NCBI GenBank assembly: GCA_016193175.1
Contig: JACPSR010000052.1
Coordinates: 11,226 to 75,225, forward strand
DNA: 64,000 nucleotides
Origin: Candidatus Omnitrophota bacterium
Lineage (GTDB): Bacteria; Omnitrophota; Gorgyraeia; Aquiviventales; Aquiviventaceae
Direction: 5' to 3'
Positions 24,201 through 36,200 of the stretch are shown here, piece by piece. A program made the position numbers and the translations under genes. How positions within the stretch are numbered: position 1 is the first letter of the stretch; each line of letters begins with the position of its first letter. Under the pieces are notes generated by a model that was not told the DNA's origin, searched no databases, and worked only from the letters and a program-made list of their open reading frames with translations.

Positions 24201-27200
24201 CGCGCCTTGAGCGATCCCCCCTCCGGCGAAGAGCTCGGCATCCGCCCGGCGCGCATCTTCCGCCGTCAGGAAATCGACGCGCGGGGTCACGCCGTGGCGC
24301 GTCACCAAGTGGTTTGCGAGGATCGTCTCGAGCCGAGCCGCTACGTCGCGAGCTACACGTTGATCCGTCAGATCCTCAACCGGCTGACCAAGGGCCGCGG
24401 AGGACTGCGCCGCCAACTCCTCATCGCTCACGATCCAGGGGCGCAGCGCGTCCCAGATCGAGGCCCTGATCGCCGGATCATCATGCGTCACTAAGGTGCC
24501 CAGGAGACTTGGCAGTTCATGCATCAAGGCTTGGGGATCTCGCAACTCCACGGGAGGCTGCTGAGCCGAGGGTGTAGGGCTCATCATCTTGACCGGCCTG
24601 ATCACGCTCTCACGCAGGGTGCGCGCTGACTGCAACACCAGCACAGCCAGATCCGCAAAGGCCGCCAATCGGATGGCGTTGAGCTGGATCAGTTGCCGAT
24701 CGTCTAAGCGCGCATCTCCTTCGGTCTTCAGGTCCATCGCGTCGGCCAACAGAGCCGGAACGCGCATGACCGCTGCAGCCACATGGCCCACGAAGTCACC
24801 GACCGATTCAGCCGCTCCCTTCACGGAGCTGGGGGCCTGTGCGGCCACCTGCTCTTTAACCTTGGCAGCGGTTTCCCCGATACGGCGTGCGAGATGGCCG
24901 AGCTCCTCCTTAAACGGGACCATCTGTGCAAGAAAGTCTTTGGTATCCTTAACGGCTGCGGGCAGATTGAGGTCTGGGAGTCCAAAGGTCCTCAGCTCCA
25001 GCCGTATCCACTCCACATAGCTCTGCAGGCGTTGGAGCGTGTCGGAGAAACGCTCCAACTGCACCGCCAACTCGTCGAGATTGAACCGGCTGGTGGCGAT
25101 GTCCGAGAGCGGTCCGCTGATCTCCTCAGCCTGCCTGCGCAACTGTTCAAGCAGCTCCTTCGCTCGCCCACTTTCTCCGACCCCATAATCAACCGCCGAC
25201 CCTGCCTGCTCGGCTTTGTCTGCAGCCGTCTGAAGCAAGGCGGCCAGTTGACGGATCCACTGGGGCGGTTGGGCGCCGAACAACGGGATGGTGAATACTT
25301 TTCCGCTTACTTTGAGGTTGAGCTTGCCATCGACGATCTTGAGCAGGTCCTTCGCCACGTCGCGCAGTTTGGCGGGATGATAGGTCTTGGCCATCCCTTC
25401 GACCCACTCCAGCACGCGCTCCCCCCGTTCTGGCAGTTCGAGTGCCTTTGCCGCTTCTGGCTGCCATCGGCTCTTGAGCGTGTTGAGCGCATCCACCACC
25501 ACACTGGCCGCCTCGAGCACGACAATGACATTCGTGAGGTCTAGCTGGAGGGCGTCGATGCGCCGATCAAACTCATTCGGGCGGTCTCGCGTGATCAGGA
25601 CCTTCTTGGCGATCCCGCTGACGGTGTTGCGAATCGGCTCCGGCACCAGGGGCAGGTACTGGGCGATCAGCTCCTGGACGTGAACCTTGGCGTCCTCGTA
25701 CATCCGCTGATAGTTGTCCACCCTTTTCTGCACGGTCTCCGCCGGCAACATTCGTTCGGCAAGCCATCTCCCTGCCCTCGTCCCCATCGAGAGCGCTGCC
25801 ACGGCCACGGCAACGTGATGGAGGAATGACGACGCGCCTTCGAGTCCTGCTTCAAGCCGACTCCGATCCGGTTCAATCGCCTCGTCGAATGCTTGTTGAT
25901 AGCGCGACTTCCAGCCGGTCCGCTCAGGGTCCTTCAGGAACAGCAGGTGTTCCGGGTCCGGGTCCCGGATCAGTTCATACATCGGCTTGCCGCGCGCAAG
26001 GCCAAACAGCGGCACCGACGCCGCCGGCCTGGCCCATTCGATGCGGGTGAGGCGTCCCCACTGCGAATTGAGCTTGAGCTTCACCCCTCGCTCTCCGACT
26101 TTGAGCGCGAACACCGGACCGCCTCCAAGCTCCTTGACGGTTTCGTAGATCGACTCGAAGTCGTTCGCGACCCAATTGGTCATCACGAGCGGCTCATCGC
26201 TCAGTTTCACCGTGATGTGCGACCAGCCGGGTGGAATGACCAGATGATCTCCGGCCTGCACGCGCACGACTGTCACGTCCGTCACCAGAGCCCGAAGTCG
26301 AGGCTGCCACAGGATCGCCAGCCCTTCCCCGGCTTGGTACTCATACAGTTCTGGATATTTTGATCTTCGCCCAAACACGAGCGGATGCTCGTGCCCGAAC
26401 GTCTTGATGTACTCGACAAGACCGCTGGGATCGGTGATCGGCTCGCCAATAAGCATTGTGACGTCGTGCCGTAAGCCCCACGCCTCCGCCCTCATGCGGT
26501 CTTTCTGACTGGCGTAGACGCCTCGATACATCCGGTAGGCGACCCGCTTGCCTTCCTCACCTGCGGTCACGGCGTCTTTCTGAGTCGTGGCGAGAACTGG
26601 TTTCAGGTTTTGCACCGTCCGGTCTTGCACGTTGGTAACGACCGTGCCAGGACCGAAGTCCAGGCCGGTTCCTTCCCGATTCACGCTCATCTCGAGGCCG
26701 GCCGCTTCATCGAGCTCCTGTCCTGGCCGACGGACGAACAGCCGGTCCAGCAGCTCCTGCACCTGGCTGGCGTCCTCATACCCCACAATCGCCGGGAGCT
26801 CCACGTGCCTCGGTTGCGCGCCAGGCTTCTTTCCTTCAAGCAGGAGCCGCTGCTTGGTCACCTGCGCCTCCAGCAAGGCTACGATCGCATCCGTGCCGTC
26901 CAGACCCCGCGCCAGCAAGTTGAGCGACGCGCCGCCTCCGCTGGAGACATGTTTGAGCGCAACACTGCTGGTAAATTGATCGATCAGCCCGAATTGCTCG
27001 ATGGCCGCCGCAGAATCGCCACCACCAATGACCGATTGCTCGGCTAACAACATCGCCTGCGCAAGAGCCCTGGTCCCCTCCTGGAATCGCGGATCCTCAA
27101 ATTGCCCCATCGGACCGTTCCAAACCGCCAGCGTGGCATGCGTGAGATGTTCTGCGAAGAGCTTCCGCGTCTCCGGCCCGATGTCACGAAGATCATCGGT

Positions 27201-30200
27201 GGGGAGAATCTGATCGGCGCCCCGCACCGCGGTTTGCGTCCTCTCCGAATCGGTGAAGACGACGAAATCGACCGGTTGCACCAAGCGAATCTTCCCTTCG
27301 CGATGCAACCGCAGCACGTCCGTGGCGCTCTGCAGGGCGTCCTGCTCCTTCTCGCTCAGCGACCGGCCGACCTCTTTGCCTTCCGCCACTCTCAGCGTGT
27401 TGGCCAGGCCGCCGCCGACCAGAATCGTCAGGGGGCGTCCTTCCGCGATGGCCCGCTGCGCGATCGCGTTCATCACGCCGATCTTGTCCCCGATCTTCGC
27501 CCCGCCCATCACGACGACATCCGCCTCGGTGCGCGCCGCGCTCAGGGCGAGGATCTCCTTCTCCATCAAGAACCCTAACAAGGTGGTCTTGACCATCTGC
27601 TGGGCCATCTCGATGGCCACCTTCCCCACCGAGGCATGCGCGCCCCGATGGGCCGCCCCGAAGGCGTCGTTCACGTAGATGTCGGCGAGGTCCGCGAATC
27701 CCTTCGCATAGTTCTGGCTGCCGCCTGATTCCTCTGCGCTGCGAAAGCGCGTGTTCTCAAGCATCAGAACTTGCCCAGACTGCATCTTGCGGACGGCCAG
27801 CCGCGTCGGCTCGCCGACAACCTGCGCATCATCAGACAGCATGACGCGCTGACCGAGGAGATCTTCCAGCCGCTGGGCCTGAGCCTTCATGCTCCAGGAG
27901 CTGCCGTCCTGCTCCTGATGGCTGGCGATGATCACCTTGGCGCCGGCCTGGACGAGCCGCCAGATCACCGGCACGGAGGCCACGATCCTGGCGTCGTCGC
28001 TGATCGTCTTCCCGGCGTCGCTGAAGGGCACGTTATAGTCGACCCGCACCAGGACGCGCTTGCCCGCGACGGCGGCGTCGTCGTAGCGCTCCAGATACCC
28101 GTACAGCGACAGCGCGTCGAGCTCAGGATACCGCGCGATGAAGGCCTGATGCTCTTCCTCCGTCAATCCGACGGATATCCGCGAGGGCTGCGTGGTGGAA
28201 ACCGTCGAGGGGTTGAAGGAGAGGACCGACCCCATGACCAGGGCGGCCCCCATCCCTTCGGGCACGGCCGGCGGCCCCACCTGCAACGCCTGGATGGCAT
28301 CAGCGCCAGGGAGAGGGATCGCGACGTTCCTGGTCGCATCGGCGGCGCTGTCAAAGATGTTGAGGAAATCAGGAAGGTGTGGGCTGACGAGGGGGAACAA
28401 CCACAGGTACAGCAGATAGAGGCCGAAGGCGCCAGCTATGATCGCGATGCTGATGATGGCGATCGTTTTCGCTTCGCGAAGAACCTGGACCCGCCATGGA
28501 ACCGCAGGTTGTGCAGCAGGCTGCGCAGCTTGTGGTGCCGCTGGAGGAGCGGTCACCGTTGGGGCTTGCGCGGAAGAAGGCTGACCCGCCCACCATCGAT
28601 CCAGCGCCATATCGGTCCGGCGAACCGCGCTGTTCCACCGTCTGACGATAGGCCGTGACATCCGTAGGAAGAGCCCGGCTTGGAGGATCACCGCCGAGAT
28701 GAGAAGAATCGTCCCCGCAGCGGAGTGTGTGTACGTGGGGACGAGTTGGCTCCCTGTGAGATAGGTGGTGTAGGCGAGGAGGAGCGAGAGGCCAAGGTAG
28801 AGGAGTTTGAGCGTGGCGTCGACGAACCAGGCGGGCTTTCGCGCGTGTTGAACGAGCACCTCAGAAAGCTCCTGCTTGACGTGATGTTGAGCGACGATCC
28901 TGCCCACAAGGCTCGGGGTGGCATTCTGGAAGGCGCGCGCGGGGCTCACCTGGAAATGGAGCGGATCAGCCAGGGCTTCACGGGCCAGACCAAACTCCGC
29001 CAGCCCGCGGAAGAGCTCCGCATCCCGTGGATCGAGCACCAGGTGCACGTCGCCCCGGGAGAGATACTCCTTCTCAATCCACTCATAGAGCGCCGCCATT
29101 CTGATGAGGCGCACGACATCTCCTGTTCGCTCCTCAGGGGCCTTCAACAGGTAATCGCTCAACCCCCCCAAGATCGTGCCGTCATCCAACCGTCCGTCGC
29201 GGTAGAGGCTGACCATTCGACGCAGGTCGGTGTAGAGGTCTGAATCCGTCAGGGCGGCCTGGGCCATGAACCACGCCGGCAGCGCGATAATCACTCGTCC
29301 GCCGCTGAGCTGAAAGGCTGGCGCCCCAGGCTCTGGATTGATCTGAAGGGTGATGGGGATTTCCTGACCGACTCGTTGCGCCTGCCCGAGGAATCCCTGG
29401 AAGTTGCCGAGAAACTGTCGCCAGATTGGAGCGTCTTCGCCTTCTTCCGGCAACGGCTGGGACGCGGCGGCCTCCTGATAGAGGCGCCGCATGCGATCCA
29501 GCAACTCATCGCTGAGGCGCGATTGGGCCTTCAGGGCCTCCGACACGAGCAGGCCGAGAAACGGCTCGAGCCGATCATAGGCTCGTCGGTAGTCGCTCCA
29601 CAGTCGCCGGCCATCCACGCCCTTGAGATCCAGGACTGCCTGTTGGGCTGTTGGCAAGGTATCGACGCGGGTCACCGCAGGCCCCAAGTCCCGCTCCCGG
29701 AACAACGTGTCTGAGATGAGCAGCCCCGGTGCAGGCTGTTGCGCAGGTTTTCTCCCTTCCGCTTGCGCTCTTGCCCGCTCGTCCGCCGCCCGCCTCTCCC
29801 CTTCGGCCTTCAGGGGTCTCGCTAGGACACCGATCTGCTCAGGTGCTTCTCGCTGAAAACTGCCTGCCGTATAGAGATGAATCTTGTGTTCGTTCCTGGC
29901 AGGCTGGATCTCACGGTGGTTGAGCGCTTGTGGCCCTTGCGCAGGCGCCCTCACCGCCTTCAGCTCCTGCTCCAGTTGCGCTTTGAGCATGCGGGTGATC
30001 CGATACAGCCGCTGGGGCTGGGTCGCCAGCTCATTCAGCTCGCGAAACGGATCGCCACCTTGGGAAAGCAGCAGCTTATCCGTCGCCAGGATCTGGCGGA
30101 TGTGGTCGGCCCCAAACACCCCTCGCCGAAGCTCATCCAGCAGCCGCTGCCGGTACGTCGCTCCCACGAGCTCAGCGTCGCTGGCATGGATGAGAATCCG

Positions 30201-33200
30201 CGCGACGATCATCGCGTCATCCGCCACCTGCTTGCGATCCACGCCCAGCATCCCTTCGGCAAGCTGCATCGCCGACGTCGCGCCCCCGGCCGTCCGCTCG
30301 GCCAGATTCCTGATCCCCTCTGGGATGATGCCCCCTGGAAGCGCCGCCAACACCGAAGCCCTGCGCTCATCCCACTCGCTCAAAATCTCAGCCGCCACGC
30401 GCTCGGCGCTGAGCTCAAAGTCGGCGGCGTGTTTGGGATTGCGATCGCGCCGGCGAGACGCCGACGATACCTCTCTATTGCGCAAGATCCATGTCACATC
30501 GCCCGGAAGCCGCCTCAGATGATCGGCCATCTGCCCCATGGCTTCAGGCGGGACCACCACGCACAAGCGGGGAGCCGCCACCCTGCCGTTCTCGGCGCGC
30601 TGGAGCAGGCCGATGTGCCGCTGGACGAGGTAGCCGTACATGGCGGTCGCCGTCGTCTCGAGGGGATAGGTTCGCTGGAGGGCCTCCTCGACGCCGTCGC
30701 GCCGGGCTTCATCCGCTCCGTCAATCCCTCCGTAGATGAAGCGAGGCAGGGTGGAGGCAACTGTCCAGGGCAGCAGATCGCCGGCGGCGGGGTTGGTGTT
30801 CTGCAACGTCGCTTCAATGTGCCGAACGAAGTCCCAGGCGAAGAGGATCTGCTGGAAGCTTGGCCGCCGGTCGCGCGGGACGGCCAGCCACAGATACAGG
30901 CGGGCCATCAGCCTGGTGAAAAAGAAGTCTTCATAGGTGAGGTCATCGGTCGGATGGAGGCCGCGCTCCACCGCCATATTGACGAACGGCCAGCGCGGAC
31001 CGGCAAAGAAGAGCGCCCGCGGCCGCAGGATCGGCATGAGATTGTGCACCACAACGCCGTACATCCGATGCCGGGTCAGCCATCGGCGAAACGCCGACAG
31101 GCTGTCGAGCGCATTCCCCAGCGCCTGCCGCGAGGGGACATCCACATAGTGGGAGAGCACGAGAGACTCCGGAACCTCCATGCCGAACTGCTCGGCCAGG
31201 GCGGTGAAATGGTTCAGCTCAACCAGGCGATCGCCGGCATCCATCCCAAAGAGGTCCCTGAGGGCATCAGCGATGGGCTTTGCGTACCCTTCAGGCACCA
31301 CCACCGTGTGGCCGCTGTCGAGATGGTCGCGGATCGCCGCCAATTGCTCAGGGGATTGCCGCACGATCCCCAGCGCGACCGGAACGATCGCTGACACGGC
31401 ACCCTGAGTGGATTGCACGGTGAGTTCCGCCGTGCGGCTGGTGTTCGGATTATAGACATCGCCCTTCGGCAGGTACTCCCGTGACATCCGGAAGCCCCTT
31501 GCCACAGCTCGCACCAGGAGCTCGCGGCCTGTGCGCAGATGGAAGCGATACTGGCGAATCTCGCGATCCTTGTTAAAGAGATACAGTTTGAGCTCGGTCC
31601 AGACCTCGGTCATCGAGGGGGCGTTGCGGATGATTCCCGCAAGCCCCGCCAGCCACCGCTCCGCCTTGGCGCCGTCGTAGTTGCCGTGCGTATCGGCCAC
31701 TTCGGTTTCGCCACGACCCATCATGCGGCTTGCGCGAAGTCTCCAGTTGACCTCGAAGAGGTTCGTCAGCTCGAAATCCGGCATGGCCTGGTTCTGGGGA
31801 TGCCAGCGCAACTGGGTGAACGGCTCGTTAAACCACCACATCACGCCGTATTTCTGCGGATGCTCGCCGGCGAGGACGTCTGCCAACCAGAGCCGCTTGT
31901 TCGGGTCTCGCTGCGCCTGCGTCCTGAGTGGCTGTTGGGCGCCGTAGAAAAACGCGGCGAACTGCCAATCCGGGGTCGCCGCGACAACCGGGCCTGCGGC
32001 CATGTGGGCCTGGCCGCCGCCGCGCTCCACCCGCCGGCGGTAGATCGTGCCGGCCTGTGATTCCTTGACCATCTCAATCGGCATCGGCTCCCCGTACAAC
32101 TCCGCCCGGGCGCTTGCCTCAAGCATCGCCGGCAACCGCGTGGACCAGCCCGGCCGCTGGCGGTAGAACTCATCGAGCAGCGTGCCGATCTTGATCGCCG
32201 CCTCCGTATCCGACAATGCCTTGGTGAGGATCGTCGCCGCAAACCCCTGCGGCCCCCCGGCGGCTTCGCCCAGCCTGACCTGGACCCCTTCGTCCGTCAT
32301 GTCAATCCCAGGCACCAACCCGGACAGGCGGCTCAGCAGGTCGTAGAACGCCGAATCAGGCAGGATCGTGAAGCCTTCAGTCAACACGGTCTTGCGCACG
32401 AACTTGGCGGCCTCGATTCCGGTTTGCACGCCTTCGGCCACTTGCTGCCCGACCAACTCACGGGCTTGCTTGAGCGCTTCCTCGGTCAGGCCTTGAGCGC
32501 CTTGGCGAACCGAAGCAAGCTGATCACGGACAACCTCAAACGCCTGGGCTAAGGCGGGCTCGACCACCTCGCGGCGCACCCAGTACTGGCTCCAGGCCTC
32601 TGGGGAAAGGGGGTTATCGACGATCGCGTAGCGGCCGGCCACCCCCTCCTGATCCAGCCGCACCTCCTCGCCATTGGCCAGCGCCAGAAGCTGCTCGCGG
32701 TCCATCCCCTCCAGCACCGACTTGGCCCGCGCCCGCTCAAGGACTTCCCCGGTGTCACGATTGACGATGGTGACCGGGAACTGTGTGGTCCATTGCGTCA
32801 CCACGGACACTGGCTCGCGGCTGATGGCGATGACCCGGTCTGGCTCGAGGTCCGGCTTCGTCGAGAGACGCATCCCGCTGATCGTCACGTACTCGCCGTC
32901 AACCAACCGGGCGCGCTGAGCCCGATCGGCGGTAGCGAGGTTGATGCCCATCTGCACGGTGAAACGCGTATCGGTATGAGACACCGACCGGCCGGTGAGC
33001 AATTCCCAGAGCTGATCCTGCGTGATCGGCTCAATATCTTGCCGGCGACTGACGACTCCGCTGTCCGCGTCATACCATGTGAGAGGGACCGATGGCCGTT
33101 CCCCTCTCAACAGCGCAAGCGCCTCCTGGCGCGTCATCCGGCCTTCCAGTTCCACCAGCGGCGAGCGCGAATCCTGTTCCCGCCGTCGGTATGTGGCCCG

Positions 33201-36200
33201 CAACGAAACCCCCGACGGCAGCACGTCCAGCACCTGGAGCGTCACCTCCGTCCGCCGGTCGACCCATCGATGGTTCAACAGGACGCGGAGCTCATCGTCT
33301 GACAGCCGGTCCAGCGCCATCGATTCGCCAAGCTCGTTGACGGCCTGCACCGCTTCGGGCTGCTGCAAGCGCTCCTGGAGGTACGTGAACGGAATCATCA
33401 TCGGGGTGGTAGCGGCGTCAAACCCCAGCGCCTGGTACCGCGCCTCGCTCATTTGATCGAGGTAGAGGGGAATCTTCAGCCGCGCTCGAATCGTCATCCC
33501 GCCGACCGCCACCTCCTCCCCGCGGATGAGCCGGGCGAGCTGCGCCGCTGAGAGCGACCGGACCAGCGCCGAGCGAGCCCCCCCTTCCACCGGCCGTGTC
33601 GCATCGTCCTGAAGCAGCTCGATCGGGTAGTTGAGCCGGTACCGCACCCAGTGGAGCCCCAGCCCCTCCCGACGCACCAGCGCGATCACGCCGCCGAGGA
33701 GAAGGGTGCGAAGCGTATGGATCCATCGGCGATCGAGGTTCACGGCGTCTCGCGTCCCCGGCTCGGCAAACGGGTTGAGCGTCCTCCCTGCTCCGTCCGT
33801 CAGCCGCAACCGCCCCTGGAAGTCATGCGAAACCCAGCGCTGGAAGCTGCGCAGCTCCCCGGCCAGCGAGGGGGTGAGCGGCGTGTGGCCGACGAGCAGG
33901 ATTGTCGAGTTCTCCGCCGGCACTTCGAGCACGCGGAAGTGTCGAGCGAATGGCTCAGGGATCTGGATCTCATGCGGATGCGGCGCGAGGTCCCCGTGCT
34001 TGCGCCAGAGGATCGTGAGCACTCTCACGAAGCGCCGGCGCCCCTCCAGCGAGCTGAAGAGGTCCTCCACGTCCTCTTTCGAGAGGTATTTCAGAAACAC
34101 AAAGCGGGTGGCGGCTTCCTGATATTGGAGGGAGTCCCTGATCGCCGTGGCGATTCCCCGGCCGGCCGCTTGCAGATCCTCAGGGGTTGGATCGCCGGCG
34201 CGGCTGAGGCGTTCCTGATAGAGCGCGTTGAACTCGATCTGCGAGGCAAGCCAAAACTCCTGACGAGCCTCCTCTGAATCGCGTAGGGGAACCAAGGAGC
34301 CGCTGAGGATCCCGCCCATGACCTCGTGCATGGCCCGTCGGAGCAGGCCTGGATGCTCACGCACCTCCCGGGAGCGCAGCAGGTTCTGAAGCGACTCGGG
34401 CAGGAGCCGCCAGTACCCTTCAATTTCCGTCGTGAAGGCCGCCGTAGGAGACCCCGGATGGCGGCGAACGAACTCTGCACCGCTTCTGGCCGCCTTCGAG
34501 AGACCCTGCAGCACGTTGAGCAGTCCCTCCCCGGCAGCAGTCCCTGAGAGCGAGGAAACGAGGGCGGTCAGCCCGGGATGCTCTCTGAGCGCACCATCCA
34601 GGCCAGCCAACTGCCCGGCGATGGCGCCCGTCACGCTCTCGAGGGCCCCAAATTTCTCTGCGGTTGAGAAATCCCAGTCGGGGGGGGTCGTGCGTCGCCG
34701 CTGGAATTCATCCAAATCCGGCCGATAGTCGGCGTTGCGGAGAAACTCGAGGGCGAGACGATGATTGCCCTGCGAGGTCAAGAAGTGAAAGAGGGAGAAC
34801 TCATCCACGCCCTCAGCGCTGAACACCCGCAACGCGAGATTCTCACGAGGGAGCAGGGGTTGTGGGATCTCACCTGCCGCCGCTCGCAGGTTGAGTGGGA
34901 CCTCAATGCCATACAGATATTCGACCAGCGAGGGGAGGAGCCGCAGCTCATACGGATCGCGGCCGGTCCGCAGCCTGACCTGCTGCGCCTTGAGGAGCGG
35001 AGGGCCCATCACCCCAAGGGCGATGCTCTTGCGATTCCCTTCGCTGGGATCTTCGTACGCAAGGTCGTACTGGAGCGCCGTCCAATCGGCCACCGCGACC
35101 CGCACAGCGTCCCGCACAAAGGGAAGGGCTGCCAGCGCTTGCACAAGCGAAAGGAGGCGAAGCCGCTTCAGGATCGCGTAGCCGAGATCCACCCACAGCA
35201 TCCGGGTCCTGACGTCCCGCTGCTGCCGGTACCATGCCGAGTGGAAATCGTTCTGATAATCGATCAGGCCGCGGAGGGTCTCGTATCGTTCCTCGCCCAT
35301 CCCCAGATTGGGGATCTCCCCTCCGCGACTCAAACCTTGGAGCCCTCCCGTCGGTTCGCCGATGAGAGGCCGGGTGACCGCGTCACGGAACAGCCCTTCA
35401 GAAGAACGCAGGCGCCCACGCTTCGCTTCCACATCCCTGAGGCCCTTGACGCTTCCCTCCAGCGGTCCGAATGACCCATACACGTTGAATCGCCCGTCTG
35501 GACTGGCAAAGTCCGGCACATGCTCAAACGGTTTCACCTGCTCGGCGAACTGGACGTTTCCAGCAGCCGCAACACGCACCTCCTGCCACACACTGAGGAT
35601 GGCCGTGAGGAACCCGTCCAGATCCCGCTGCAAGTCTCCATGCAGCTCATCGCTAATCACCCGGCCCGTGCGCAGCATATTCAGGAGCCGCACGGCGTCG
35701 TCCTGATTCTCGTAGATGAGCCGGCCAAGCTCCGCTTCCCAGTTGCCTCTCAACTGCGCCTCGGCGCCCAACAGAATCTGCCGACGGATCGAACCGAGCC
35801 TGAGCGTCCGCAAGATCGGTGGCGCCAGGACGACGCCTGCAAAGACCGCCAGGCCAACCGTCGCGCCGATCCACATAGCACTCACACCTGCGCCGATTGC
35901 GCCGATCCAGAGCGAGACGATCCCAAAGACCGTCACTCCACTCACCACGCCGGCAGCAAGACCCGCAAGCACGCGAGGAAGCAGCCGCCTGGGAGCCGGG
36001 GCGCTCGGTGTCGGAGCAGGTGGAACGGGTTGACCGACTGCAGGAATGTGGCCTTTCGTCGCTTTGAGCTCGTTCCAGAAACCGGTCTGGACCTCGTACG
36101 CCGCGAAGCGGAATGGCTGCTCAAGGAGGGCCGTGGCGACTCCCGCCACAAGACCCAGGTCGACCTTCTTCACGCGAGGTGACTCAGCGCGCGCATCCTC

